This document shows positions 28,746 through 43,509 of a stretch of 64,000 bases of DNA, piece after piece (position 1 is the stretch's first letter; the number at the start of each line of letters is the position of its first letter). Under the pieces are notes generated by a model. The model was given only the letters and a program-made list of their open reading frames with translations. It was not told where the DNA came from and did not search any database. The DNA comes from Eledone cirrhosa (Eukaryota). The translations under genes and the position numbers were made by a program. The DNA is taken from the NCBI GenBank assembly GCA_964016885.1, contig OZ024761.1, positions 25,358,001 to 25,422,000 of the forward strand. Reading direction: 5' to 3'.

Positions 28746-29248
28746 ACCACTACTACTACTACTCCCACTACTACTACTAGCAGCATTATTGTTATCCTCG
28801 TGAGGAGGGAGGTGTTTCTTACGCAAACGAAAATGTCTAAAGAGTGGGAGAAGGGGGAGAAGGGGGAGAGGGATATGGGGAGAGGGGGAGCGGGGGAGAG
28901 GGAGAGCGGGGGACATTGGGTGAGAGGGGGGAATTGGGGAGGTAGAGCGGGGAGATGGGGAGGTAGAGGGCAAGAGAGAATGAGAGAGAGTGTCTAAAGT
29001 AGAATAAAGAGGAAGTAGAGTAAGATAGTGTCAGATAGAGAGAAAGAGTGAGAAAAAATATATAGAGAGAGAGAGAACGATATAGAGAGAGGGACAGAGA
29101 AAGAGAGAGAGAGAAAAGTAGATATAAATATATAAATAGAGAGAGGGTGAGAGTGAAAGAAAGACAAGGAGACAAAAAGAGAGCTAGGAAGAGATAGAGA
29201 CAGAGAATGAGAGGATAAAAGAATAGAGCGAGGGAGAGACAGAGAGAG

Positions 29249-29283
<35 letters not shown>

Positions 29284-29345
29284 TATGTGATTTAATATAT
29301 GTGTGTGTGCGTGTGTATATATATATATATAGAGAGAGAGAGAAA

Positions 29346-29389
<44 letters not shown>

Positions 29390-29589
29390 AAGAGAAAGAA
29401 AATAAAGAGAGAGAGAGAGAGAGTGGGGCGAGAGAGAAGGTGGGGTGAGAGAGAAGAGCGAGACAGAGAAAGAGAGAGAGTGAGGACATTGTTGAATCGA
29501 TCTTTGATTCATTATGAATATTCTTCAATGTAAATTGATAGGAAAAACTGTCGGTTCGATAAATGTTTCCTTAGTTTTGGTTTTATGTT

Positions 29590-29900
29590 ACTTTGTTACT
29601 GTTGTTGTTATTTCGGTTGTTTGTTATTGCTGTGGTTGTTGTTGTTGTTATTCCGGTTGTTGGTTATTGCTGTGGTTGTTGTTGTTATTCCGGTTGTTGG
29701 TTATTGCTGTGGTTGTTGTTGTTATTCCGGTTGTTGGTTATTGCTGTGGTTGTTGTTATTCCTGTGGTTGTTGTTATTCCGGTTGTTGGTTATTGCTGTG
29801 GTTGTTGTTGTTATTCCGGTTGTTGGTTACTGCTGTTGTTGTTGTTATGATTCCGATTGTTTGTTATTGCTGTGGATGTTGTTGTTGTTATTGTTATTTT
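29590..29900. repeat. 37-bp minisatellite in a GTT-rich tract
   Basis: ttattccgg at 29648, 29685 and 29722. Confidence 0.85.
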
Positions 29901-30492
29901 TGTGATTCCTGTTGTTATTGCTGTGATACCTATTGGTCTTTTGATTGTTGTTATTGTTGTGTTTGTTGTTGTTGTTATTGTCGTTGCACTTGTTTTGTAT
30001 CGGCTGTTATTACTGTTGTACTTGTTATTGTGTTATTGTTGTTGCTGCTGTGGTTCTAAAGTATGCTGTTGTTGAGGATGTGGTTATTACTGTTGTTTTT
30101 TTATTATTGCTGTGAATCCTATTTGTTGTTGTGGTTGTTGTTGGTAGTGGTGGTGGTTGTGTTCTTGGATTTAATGTTAAATGCTCTGGAGGCGGAGGTG
30201 GAGGTGATGGACGTAATGATGAGGGAGGTGTTGGAGCTGGAGTTGTGAGAGGTAATGGTGAGTGTGGTGAGGGTGAGGGAGCTGTTGGTGGTGGAGGTAG
30301 AGTTGAGGGAGGTGATGTAGGTGTTGGTGGGGGAGAGGAATATGTACATTTTGTCCTCCTCTTCGTTGCTGTTATTTAAAAAAAATAATACACTTATTGT
30401 TTTTAATATTTGCGTTAGAGGTACACGTGTTCGTAAAGGGTTCAGTCCCTTGCAGATTACAGATTACTTTCACAAGCAGTCACTTCATTTAA

Positions 30493-30715
30493 GCCTTTTA
30501 GTATTTAAACTGGCTGTATCTGGCCAGAATTCTCTCCCCTTTTTCTATTCAAACCACCCGTAACTGGCCACTCATACTGATGTTAAGGTATTTTTCTCAA
30601 AATAAATAAATATCAAAATCTCATAGATTCGATATTATGTGAGATGATTATGTGAGGTAAAACCTTAACCACGCAAATGCAATGGTATATATAGAGTAAT
30701 GTAAATGCTAAAGGG
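30493..30715. mobile_element. piggyBac-type MITE
   Basis: TTAA-gccttttagtattta ... taaatgctaaaggg-TTAA. Confidence 0.65.
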
Positions 30716-31419
30716 TTAAACACAACCACTATAACAGTCCTTGTCTCAACCGACAAAGGACCGCAGCTATATCTATATAGTTCATATGATCTACATAAAG
30801 AATTAGAGATGTATTTATAGTTCTTCATTTCAGATAGCAATCAATCATAACATTTTGATTGTTTTTATCAGAGTTCTATTCTACGATCTTATCTGTAGAG
30901 ATACTTCTATATTTGGATTGAAGAGGGCAGTTTTGAATAAGGTGGGAACAAGGTAAAAAGGTCTGAGGTCTGACCCCGTCTATGTTGCTATTAGAAATTT
31001 GACATTAATTTCTTATAATGTTTCGTGGTTTTAAATCTACAAAAAATTGACAGGGGAGAAAATGAGGATAAGATAGACATAAAAATATCCAGGGCAAACA
31101 GAAACAAATCAATAATGAGTGAGACCAACATAAATAACATATTATGTGTGTGTGTGTGTGCATGTATGAATCCATCTCCCTATCTCTGTCTCTATATATG
31201 TATGTGTGTGTGTGTAAAAAGTTAACAGGATTAAGAAAACAAACGACAAAGTGCGTGGAATAAATATATTCGTTTAACGCTTGATATAGCAGGAAGAAAG
31301 TCTTAGCGTTTTGGACACTAGTCCTTCCTCAGAATATAGAGTTAGAAATAGAAAATAAAAAGAAAGTAAAGTATGATAAGAGGAAGGAATAGGGAAAATT
31401 TCGTACGCATTCAGTCGGC

Positions 31420-32100
<681 letters not shown>

Positions 32101-32253
32101 AACAATCAATTATTATCAAACCATAGATGAGAACACGTGATTTACCGGTACTTATGAAAAATGTATTATCCCTAATTTGTTTTGGAACTCTGTAACGAAC
32201 ACGTCCTTCGGATCCAGTGCTCTACCAACTTCGCATATGATCTTCTTTTTACC

Positions 32254-32294
<41 letters not shown>

Positions 32295-32599
32295 GATTAT
32301 TTCCTTATGATGACTGAAAGCAAATTTTGCTTTCAAGAAACCACTGGTAAATTAAATAATTATCTTATGTTGTTTATTACATAATTAATAAGCTCTATAA
32401 CCTACATAGAGCACTCTTTTTTCCTGGACATTTCCGGCGGAATTACTTCATATTATATATATATATCTATATATATATATATGACACTATCTATCTGTGT
32501 ATACATCATGTATGGATCAATCCATCTATCTATCTCGCAGTCTATTCATGTATCTGCGTATCTGGCGAGCATCTGGATATTATATTATGAGCATGAATT

Positions 32600-32805
32600 T
32601 TGAATAGCCCAAGAACTGCTTGAGGGGCAGGAGTTAGACTCTAAGCAAGATGGTAGGATAATATCCATGAGTTTGGATTGTTTCGCTTCGGGATCCAGCC
32701 ACATCAGTTGGAGACGGTTGCTTTTGAGAGGACCGGATGGCAAGAGTGTTTGAGCAATCTACCTCCACGAAACTCCCAGGAATATGTGGGCGACGAAGAG
32801 GAAGT
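32600..32805 (+). mobile_element. Decayed RTE-clade LINE 3' end
   Basis: ARW*DNIHEFGLFRFGIQPHQLETVAFERTGWQECLSNLPPR resembles the Rex3/Expander-type RTE C-terminus; same family as 48041-48300. Confidence 0.7.
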
Positions 32806-33949
32806 AAAAGAAAGAAAGAAAAAGTAAGGGAAGAATAATTTGAAAGGATTTAGTAAAATAATTGAATTTCTCATTATTAAGCTTGTGTTTGGAACATTAC
32901 AATATTCTTCCATGAAATAAGAATGAAAACAAACAGCTTTCTTTGATAGAAACAGGCGGTGGTATCAAGTACTTTGTACCACAAGTGTTAAGTTATATCA
33001 TTTTATATTACTCTCTCTGTATAATAATAATATTAAAGCATCTCATACGATTCAAGAATTCGGTAAATAAATGGAAAAGAAAAAGAGATAGAGAATAAAG
33101 AAATAAACAGTCTTGTATTCTAGCATATCATATCATTTCATATTATATTATAATATAATATATTACATTTTATTACGTTATAATTCTCAACACGAGATTT
33201 GTTTCCTGGGACAGAGTGACCGGATATCTCATATATCACAGACACTTAATACAAAACATTTCACGTAATGGGACGCCATCTTGAACGGAAATAATTTATT
33301 ATGGTCAGCTTCTGTTGCTGCGTTCCTTTTACCACAAATGATTCTACAATGGTCTTTAACTGATCTAATTTAGCTGTGTGTGAGGAGAATTTATAGAAAC
33401 GCCGAGGACAATTATATATACATATAATATATATATATATATATATAAATATATAATGATATATATATATATATAATTATACATGCAAACATATATATAT
33501 ATATATATATATAATTATATATATACTTACATAAAAACATGTATATGTATATATACGTGTGAGAGAGAGAGAGTGCTTATGTTTGTGTATCTGTGTGTAT
33601 GAGTACGTGCATGTGTGTATGAGTACGTGCATATGTGTATGAGTACGTGCATGTGTGTGTGAGCGCGCGCATAATGGTATTTAATGATATTATCTCGGTA
33701 ATTACGAAGGCGGAAGTTGGCGATTGAGAGAAACAGTAAAATGTCGGACAATAAATTAAAAGGATCTGTAAAGATGTGTGGTTAACATGTTCCTCTGTTA
33801 ACAGCGGGTTTCGGGTTCAGTCGCTCTCAGTCACATAATGGACATTGAGCACAGGATGTCTAAAGGCATATCAATGATGTTTGAGTGAAAGATGATAGAG
33901 GACAACTGTGAAACCTGTACACACCACACATCGACAAACTCACAACAAA

Positions 33950-33995
<46 letters not shown>

Positions 33996-34412
33996 AACAA
34001 GTATGAACCCGATGGCAGAGCTCAAGCCGTTTCGACGGTTATTTCTGGACGGCTATTTTTGTCCAGAAATAGCCGTCGAAACGGCTTGAGCTCTGTCGTC
34101 GGGTTCATACTTTTTCTTATATATATATATATATATACATACATACACGTGTATAGTTGAATATTCTAACGGTGTTTGGAATGAAAACAGTGTCCGAAGT
34201 GTAATATTGAATAACGATAATGACAATATATAGGAGATAGTTCACATTTCCATATTACCCACTCTACTACCCTAAGTATTGAGTACGTTGGTGCCTTATG
34301 GTCCATCTGGTTCCTTACCACATTTCCTTCGTTATATATATACACAAACAGATACATGTATGTACACCCACACACACACTCACTCACATATATATCTACA
34401 TATCTATACATT

Positions 34413-34443
<31 letters not shown>

Positions 34444-34544
34444 GTGTGTATGTATATATTTCCACAAACGTGAAACTAATATGGCATTATATTTCTACCT
34501 CTCTATATCTGGCTTATTTATTCCTGAAATATAAATATCAATAC

Positions 34545-34611
<67 letters not shown>

Positions 34612-34707
34612 TGTGTGTTTCCATTTACAAATATAAGGGAATTACATTAACACAGAAAGTATGGTGCGTTATTACCCTAATCTTAGCAATAAAATACACA
34701 CACACAC

Positions 34708-34767
<60 letters not shown>

Positions 34768-35776
34768 ATATTTATATATTTCTGATTATGTAGTGATCTC
34801 TTCATTTGTATTTCCATCCTCACGTCTATGTTGACCTGCGCAGACACGACACTTATTCATACAGACCCTTTGTACTAAAGTTACGTGCTCACTCGACTTT
34901 ATTATGTACCAAACTCTGAACTGTTTGACTGGAACCTAACAGAACATAAACTATTACAGACAGACATCTACCAACAGTTGAGACATAAACAAACAAACAA
35001 AAATATATAAAATATATAAATACATTTTTTAAAAAAATATATGTATGGCTCAATAAAATAAATAGCAGATGTATATAAAAAAAATAATTAATTAATATTA
35101 TTGCTGCAAACAATCACCTGATCAATACATTTCCGTTCTTGTTGAGTGTATAAGTAGATTTCTACTAAGGTGAAGGGCTTTACATTGCGTAGAAAAAAAA
35201 AAACGATGTAATTTTGATTTCTTTATTGATCTCCAGAACGGAAATGATTTTTAATTGAGGCACATGATCATTAATTTTGCAGGATGTTAAAAACAATTAA
35301 ATCGACCCCCCCCCCCCCCCAGTATATATCTGGTAACTCATTAATCAACCCCGGCGAAGGATGAAAAGCAAAGTTAATCGTGCTGACCAGGAATTTTACA
35401 GGAAGTAAATGTCAATTAAATCGACCCTAGTATATAACTGGTACTTCATTTATCGGTCTCCTCGCGGAAAGGATAAAAGTCAAAGTCAACCGTGGCGTGA
35501 TTTGATTCCAGAATGGAAGGAGCCGAAAGACTAGGCAAGGAGGAGTTTTTAATTTTATTTTATGCTCTATGCCAATGCAACGCCAAGACAACTCTATAAT
35601 ACTTTTATCAACACTATCTTAAAAAAGAAATATAAGCCTCCATTTTAGTTTTTTTGCTATTTTAGTATTTATCAAATGCGTGTTATTAAAGGGATCGCGT
35701 TGAATCTTCGAAAAGTGTCATTTATAGCCGCTGGGCGGATTTTGACTTTGACTGTGTAACAATGAACTGTTTAGAA

Positions 35777-35815
35777 CAGTGGTTCTCAACCTCTCTTTAC
35801 CCGTGGACTATTTTT
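35777..35815 (+). mobile_element. hAT/Charlie-like left terminus only
   Basis: CAGTGGTTCTCAACC; no matching right end seen. Confidence 0.4.
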
Positions 35816-36800
35816 ACCGTTATATATATATATATATTTTTTTTTTGGGGGGGGGGGGGGGGGTCAACATAACCATTCGATGAAAAAGAAACTCATTCTA
35901 TTATTTCGTTCTATGTATAGACAAGTTTAGGAATTTTATAAAAATATTAACTGTATATGATTTATTTTGATGTAAAACTAATTTAATTGTTCCTACTTTT
36001 GGCACAATACCATCAATTACCCACTACATTACTAACTAATTTAATTGTTTCTACTTTAGGCACAAGGCCAGCAATTACCCAGTACTTTACTGGTACTTTA
36101 TTACTAACTAATTTAATGTTTATAAATTTGTATTTAAGGAATAAAATTTAGAAGATCGCTGGATAAATTGTAACTGTAATTAAAATATTTTGAGCCAGGT
36201 CACACAGTGTCTTGCTAAATCTCCCCGAGAATTACGTTAAGATTACACTGTGTATACTATGTTCACCCAGCTTTGACGTTAATTTTACGAGTATTTTGTG
36301 TTGTTCATTAAACAACTGGAACAGCCGTGATCGAAACCGATTTAAATTCATTCCAATTCTTCCAGTATTGGTCAAAACCTATCCCACGAAATTAATTGCT
36401 TGTTCCAGACTTGAATGACAACATTTACCGCATGTCTAACTTGTTATGTAAGTAATTTTCTATCAATTACTTTATTTTGTGTAAGCTTTTCACGTTATAG
36501 CGTTACTTCTAAATGTCGACACCATCTTGAAATTAGGAAGAAAAAAAAATGAACTGCCGTTTCAATATTTCTGCTCTGCCAGGATTTATCAAGTCAATTT
36601 TATTAAATTAATTTCTTTTCCTAATCTAGTCTGACAAGATTTATCGATCAATTTCATCATTGTGTATATGGATCAATGTATTTCTTGAAACAGATCGATT
36701 ATCGTCTGCTAAGCATGTTTGATACGCTTCTGAAGTAAATCATGCGGATCGGTTGTATGTCTGTTCTTTGGCGTCTGGTGAATTATTGTTAAGATACGAC

Positions 36801-36859
<59 letters not shown>

Positions 36860-36940
36860 GTAAGAGAGAGAGAGAGCGGGGGTTGAGGGAGGGGAGGATA
36901 GATAGATAGATAGATAGATAGATACATACATACATACATA

Positions 36941-37151
36941 CGAGTGTGGACTGAAACTTGTATAGTATGAATATGAAGGAGTTAGACATGAACTGTGAAA
37001 TGTTGCATTCATTAATTTCAGTTCTTAATAATAAATGCATTGTTCCTTTCCAGGGACTATGTTGAACAATAGACCTCGTTTGGTCATTCCATGAGCGTAT
37101 ATTGGTCAACCTATGAACTCTTCATTCTATGAACTTTCCAGCCATCCCTCG
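36941..37151. mobile_element. Mariner-derived MITE
   Basis: TA-CGAG..ctgaaa left end, tatgaactttccagccatccCTCG right end; right portion is the reverse complement of 15754-15835. Confidence 0.65.
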
Positions 37152-37261
37152 TGTCTAATTTAAGCAGTATTACTGCTGTTTAGTTTCTCTGAATCATTTA
37201 GAGATGAGAGAGATGTGCTTAGAATTGTTTTAGGATAACCAGTACAATACAAGGTAGAGAT

Positions 37262-37888
37262 TCTAGAGTGAGAACTAGAGTGGGGACTAGAGTGGGGACT
37301 AGAGTGGGGACTAGAGTGGGAACTAGAGTAGGAACTATGGGTGGGAACTAGAGTGGGAACTAGAGTGAGAACTAGAGTGGGAACTAGAGTGGGAACTAGA
37401 GTGGGAACTAGAGTGGGAACTAGAGTGGGGACTAGAGTGGGAACTAGAGTGAGAACTAGAGTGAGAACTAGGGGTGGGAACTAGGGGCGGGAACTAGAGC
37501 GAGAACTAGAGTGGGAACTAGAGTGGGAACTAGAGTGGGAACTAGAGTGAGAACTAGGGGTGGGAACTAGGGGTGGGAACTAGGGGTGGGAACTAGAGTG
37601 GGAACTAGAGTGAGAACTAGAGTGAGAACTAGGGGTGGGAACTAGGGGTGGGAACTAGAGTGAGAACTAGAGAGGGAACTAGAGTGGGAACTAGATTGGG
37701 GACTAGAGTGGGAACTAGAGTGTGGGAACTAGAGTGGGAACTAGGGAGTGGGAACTAGAGTGGGAACTAGAGTGCGGACTAGAGTGGGAACTAGAGTGGG
37801 AACTAGAGTGGGAACTAGGGGTGGGAACTAGGGGTGGGAACTAGGGGTGGGAACTAGGGGTGGGAACTAGGAGTGGGAACTAGAGAGA
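37262..37888. repeat. 12-bp minisatellite (GAACTAGAGTGG)n
   Basis: About 50 copies with variants such as ACTAGGGGTGGG. Confidence 0.95.
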
Positions 37889-38544
37889 GAATTCAAGAAA
37901 GAAAATAGTAAGAAAATCAGAACAGGTTACACTTTTTTTTCTTTATCTTAGAGTATTTCGGTGTCAGGATCACCTCCGGAAATGAATAGAAATGGAGTGC
38001 GATGTACATATTGGAATACAGAATCCATACTATGACACAAACACACCCTCTCCACACGCACATACCTGTTACACGTTCCTATACGATATTCTGTAACTGT
38101 TCGTTTTGAAAATCCCACAGAAAGTATCCTTCTTTATGCACACTTTTGAAATAGCCATTGATCGTGTCACAGAAAGTTCCACTGTGTGGCACTGGAGAAT
38201 ATGTCGTCATTAGTTATATCAATTTCTAAAAACTCTCTAATTACCAATGGCAGTTTTCTGCTTGAAATTTAGAGTCATTGGCCTGGAAATCTAATATGGC
38301 TAATTTCAAGACACGCAGCTGTTTCAAGTTTAATCACCGCTCTAGCAATTCATGTGGAAGATTCTGCACGATTTTCTATTTGAAATTCAGAGTCATTACT
38401 CTGGTAATATGACATGTTTATTTGGAAATACTGCAACTATTATCTTATTTACGGCCGATGTCAAAATTGCAGGTGTGTCTTTCACAGGAACCTAGTTTCT
38501 AAACTAATAGATGTAAGTTGATTATGAACTAGATACCGACTAAT

Positions 38545-39470
38545 TTCACCCTTCTGAATTTGTCACGACTGCACAATATTTTTGTTGAAAAATATATCCC
38601 ATATATTAACCCCTTTGAATTTGTCATAACTGCACAATATTCATGTTGAAGGATACGTCCCTTATATTAACCCCTCTAAATTTGTCATAACTGTACATTA
38701 GTTCTATTGAAAGAGATGTCACCTATATTAACCTCTCTTAATTTGTCACCACCCACAATATTTCGGTTTAATGAGATTTACCCGATATTAACCCCGTTTA
38801 ATTTTTCATTGATTCACAATATTTCTATTGAAAGAGATGTACTCTATATTAAATCATCTTAATTTTACACCACTACACAATATCACTGTTGAATGAAATG
38901 CCCACTACATTAACCCCTCTAAATTTGTCGCCACTGCCCTATAATTCAGTTGAATCAAATGTCCCCTATATTAACCCCTCTGAATTTGTCACGACTGCAC
39001 AATAGTTCTATTGAAAGAGATGTCACCTAAATTAACCCCTCTGAATTTGACAACTGCACAATAGTTCTATTGAAAGAGATGTCACCTAAATTAACCTCTC
39101 TGAATTTGTCACGACTGCACAATAGTTCTATTGAAAGAGATGTCACCTAAATTAACCCCTCTGAATTTGACAACTGCACAATAGTTCTATTAAAAGAGAT
39201 GTCACCTAAATTAACCTCTCTGAATTTGTCACGACTGCACAATAGTTCTATTGAAAGAGATGTCACCTAAATTAACCCCTCTGAATTTGACAACTGCACA
39301 ATAGTTCTATTGAAAGAGAAAACACTTGTATAAACCCTCTTAATTTGACACGACAGCACACTATTTCTATTGGTAGATATGTCCCCTGTATTAACCCCTC
39401 TGAATTTGATATCACTGCGCATCTCTATAATATTCGAACTTAAATTGTCACGACTGCAAACTATTTCTGA
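38545..39470. repeat. ~60-bp minisatellite with a 120-bp higher-order core
   Basis: Unit ttaacccctctgaatttgtcacgactgcacaatagttctattgaaagagatgtcacctaaa; the 60 bases starting at 39001, 39121 and 39241 are identical. Confidence 0.95.
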
Positions 39471-40533
39471 TTAGCTTCAATTTTCGAAAATTCTTCAATT
39501 AAATACGTGTAAGATACTACCAAACCTTTCTACCTGTAAAGTACAATGTAAGGGCTGAACAGAGACTCTCTCATGGTTTTCTTTTCAAAGCAAGAAGCTA
39601 ATTTACAACTGAAGTCAGAATTATAGCTTTGGATTCAATGCCTTAGCACCTGCTTCGTATATATGCCGAGGTGTCTCTCTTACGAATGGATAACTGATAT
39701 CTACGTATTTGTACCTGCCAGATATGACGAGTTTAAATTAATATTCTCAGCAGAATTTTCAACGATTTATTTTATATCTATTAGTAGGGACCCCTGCCTG
39801 GTCAATTATTTGAATCTGGTTATGTTTTTCCATGAGTTATTATTGATAATATCACCAGAAAAGTAATAATTGGAAATGTATAGGGAAAAGAGGAGTCAAA
39901 TGATTATGTATACCTTTTAATAACTATGAGTTGAAACATCCAAGGACCTTGTTACCACAAACAATTGTAAGAAAACACCTGTGCTGGTGTATTCCTTCCT
40001 CCGTACTTGCTGGGACAAGCTTCTGACATGCATGTATAAATAATTATCCTTTTCGACACTCAATGTGCCATAAATAAATGTATTGTAGAAGGCCAAATTT
40101 CCATACACACAGTAGAATATATAATATAGAAAACATAGCATAGAAGAGCAATTCAAGAAATGTGGAACATGCTTTGTTGATAAATGTTCAATTCCTCATA
40201 GCAGGATCACAGTAGGAATTATCCTGTAGTAGGTATGTTCCTGTCGTTGTCCAAGAGAGTTATCTCTCTGGTGAACCAGAAGGTTTTATAATGAGGCGGC
40301 AACAATGTATTCACACGCGATCGAAAACGATTGGTTTGTTTAAACAAATCACGTATGAATACATTGTTGTTGCGATGTATGAAATAGTTCCGCTACAAAT
40401 GTACTAAGAAATAGTATATTCCCATTGGTTTCCGATAAAATTAACAAGTTATATATTATGAACTAAACAGCTTCTAAAACGATCAAAAAGATGAGGCTTT
40501 AGAATCAGTTGATACTATACGATGGCTTTCAGG

Positions 40534-40737
40534 TCAGTGCAAATGTTTCATATGGAAGATAGCAGCCATTACTGAATGAAATTGCAAATCGCCAACATTT
40601 TCATCAATATAAAGCCTCTCTAATACATGAATCGTTCCACTGACGCTTATTGATGTGGCTATGTTGGTGTATCGTTGGTATGTAAAACTACTGGCGAGAG
40701 CCGTTCTACTCTTGTTTAAAACGGAAGTGATTTCTTC
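40534..40737 (-). CDS. Candidate terminal coding exon, product unknown
   Basis: Pyrimidine tract plus CAG acceptor, then 67 open non-repetitive codons (EEITSVLNK...MKHLH*); the other two frames stop early. Confidence 0.25.
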   Translation of the reverse strand, partial: EEITSVLNKSRTALASSFTYQRYTNIATSISVSGTIHVLERLYIDENVGDLQFHSVMAAIFHMKHLH

Positions 40738-42209
40738 CTGTGTGAAATGTAGAGAGATAGATAGGTCGATATAGATAAATACGGGGAGCAAGAGAGGTAG
40801 AAAGTGGGAGAGTGAGAGAGAGAGAGAGAGAGAGGAAAACAGTGGGAGAGAGAGAAAAGTGGAAGAGAGAGAGAAATTAGAAATTGAGAGAGAAAGAGAA
40901 AAAGTGGGAGGGAGAGCAGAAAAAGTAGGAGGGAGAGCAGAAAAAGTAGGAGGGAGAGAAAGTGGGAGAGAGAACGAAAAAAGTAGGAGAGTGAGAAAGA
41001 TAGAAAGAGGAAGAAAGAAGAAGAATCGACGCCCAGCATTGGGCACGTGGAATATATTTGTCGATATTCAATGAATATGAAAAGGGAGCAGACAATGGTT
41101 GCAATAACTTTGCCTAATAATCCCCTTTCTTACGCCATTATGATCTGTTCAAACGACTTAGATATTTCAAAAAGTTAATTTTATACTGAAAGGATAAACG
41201 AAGATGCGAGAGTGAAAACTTACTACCACCGTAGATTTTCTCATTGTGTATTTAGATGAATGTAAAACAAAATAAGCAAAATGTGTTGTACGTAAAATAA
41301 AACTTTTGTATATAAATAAAATATAAGACTGCAATCATCAAAAGACAAATTTGTTAATCAAATAAGAATGAAGAGAAGAAAAAAAATTGGCGATAGATTT
41401 TAAAATAAAAGCAAAGACATAATCAACTAAGACACAGAGAGTCAGACAGATAGACAGACAGACAGACAGACAGACAGCAGACGATAGATAAGATTTGAGA
41501 AAAACAGCGAGTGCCTAATGAAATTAAACAGTAGGTCTTATTATATTTTCATTTTGAACACCTCTTTTTTTGTTTTTAGTTTTCGTATCACTTTCCTTTC
41601 AGAAAATGGCAGTCGTGTCACGCTGCCTCTTCTTGGTATAGTTATAGTGTGAGCCAATCAGAACAAGCCATAGGTGGTGGATAAATCACATCAACACAGT
41701 AGGTATAGATGTAAGTATAACGAACACAAAACTAAACTTTGCGCGGATCAATAGGGAAATAGAAATGCTACTACTACTACTACTACTGGTAATAATAATA
41801 ATAATAACAACAAGAACTATGGCAACAATGACAATAATACAAACAATAATAATAATAATATCAATAATAATAATAATAATAATAATAAAAATAATAATAA
41901 AATTTCTACTAATGATAATACTAATAATACTGAGAAATAAAGAAGAAAAATCAAGATAAAAATGCCAGACGGAATATAAATTAAAGTGGAAAAAACAAAG
42001 GTAAATAAACAATGTTAGTGATACTAGAACACCAATAACATTAAGGAAGAACGAGAAGGGAAATAACATAAACAACAAAAACAACAACTTGTGGAAAACA
42101 TTTCAATGTTTTAGTGCCGTTGTAAATAAACAAAGTGATAGAATAAAAACAATATAAATATAAAACAAAGAATTAAAACACCTACAACACCTACACACGC
42201 CCACACACA

Positions 42210-42258
<49 letters not shown>

Positions 42259-42292
42259 CATAAGAATCAAAGAACTGTTCAAAACATTTTTG

Positions 42293-42339
42293 TGCTTACA
42301 ACTGTTTCCCCCAAACCGAGGTTTGAATTCTTCGGAGCA
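42293..42339 (-). ncRNA. Hammerhead-like motif with CCGA core
   Basis: tgct-CCGAAGA-attcaaac(ctcg)gtttgggg-GAAAC-agtt-GTA-agca. Confidence 0.5.
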
Positions 42340-42702
42340 ATTTATTAATGAATGGACAGTTATATGACCTCCTTTTCACCCAAGAGACATACAGATACAT
42401 ATGCAAATATTGTGGGTCAACATTCATTACAGCATCTGATGTTTTTACATTGAGCTACTTAACTTACTGGTAATAAGGTAGTAATATATTACTGCCTACC
42501 ACTATTTAGGGTTTGTATAAAAAAATATATATAACTGCAAAAGGTTTTTGTATTTACATAACCATAAATAGTATAATTAATACTATATATATATATATAA
42601 CTTACTCTGTATATATGTCTACATGTAACGGTACCACACGTCTGTTCTGTTGCCGACCGTGTTTTCTCTTTCTGTCCGTCTATCTATCTATCTTTCTGTA
42701 CG

Positions 42703-42924
42703 GTGGCTATGGTGAAAGAAGTTATATGGTGGACGAGGTTGAGAGGACTGAGGACAGATGCATTTCTCTCCGGACAACAATTGATTCCCTTCTTTAAGTA
42801 TCACTTTAGAAGGAGAATCAGGCTGGAGAGAGAGGCACTGCACCCCAGTAAATTTACTGAAAGGTGGGTGAATGAAGCGAAAATGGCCCGAGTGATTGGG
42901 CCTTCTCTGTTTATAAGCCTGTAG
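42703..42924 (+). mobile_element. L1/Tx1-type LINE ORF2 C-terminal fragment
   Basis: KEVIWWTR...RIRLERE...KFTERW follows the K..IW..R...E...F...W pattern of L1/Tx1 ORF2 ends. Confidence 0.65.
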
Positions 42925-43154
42925 GTTGAGGAAGAGAGCAAAAGGAAGAAATGAGACCTTGCACAACACGCTCATCCACACGTATAGTCCTCCACACGTG
43001 TCTGTGTCTGCCGAGAGAGAAATACCCCGAGATTTGGAGAGATAGAAAGGGAAATAGAATAAGAATCGAAACTTGCCTCGCCTTGGTCCTTCCTTTATTA
43101 AACTAAAAAATAATCAATGTTGATATTCTAGAACTCGATGTAAAACAATAAGTG

Positions 43155-43509
43155 ATTCTACTTTTGGCACAAGGCCAGCAATTATCTCAATGCATTACTG
43201 GTACTTTATTTTATCGACCCCGTAAGGATGAAAGGCAAAGTTAACCGCGGCGGGATTTGAACTCAGAACATAAAGAGGCATAACTATGCTGCAAAGCCTG
43301 GCGGCCGACCCTTAAAATAATAATTGTTTCTACTTTTTGGCACAAGGCCAGCAATTATTCCAGTACATTACTGGTGCTTTATTTTATCGACCCCGTAAGG
43401 ATGAAAGGCAAAGTTAACCTCGGCGGGAATTGAACTCAGATCGTAAAGGGACGTAACTATGCTGGAAAGCATAATCCAACCCTCTACCGATACTGCCAAT
43501 TCACCGCCC
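43155..43509 (-). mobile_element. Tandem SINE A pair
   Basis: Copies at 43155-43312 and 43318-43509; ttaaaataataat flanks the second. Confidence 0.88.

Noticed and set aside
37262-37888. Telomere-like array
   Set aside because: The 12-bp unit is not TTAGGG-type and is interstitial.
38545-39470. CRISPR-like periodic array
   Set aside because: Whole units repeat with no unique spacers, no cas genes, eukaryotic context.
39917-40290. Possible GPCR-like pseudogene
   Set aside because: Only vague hydrophobicity across broken frames.
41590-41665. Acceptor-ATG mini exon and AGCCAATCAG CCAAT box
   Set aside because: Weak donor and an isolated motif; insufficient support.
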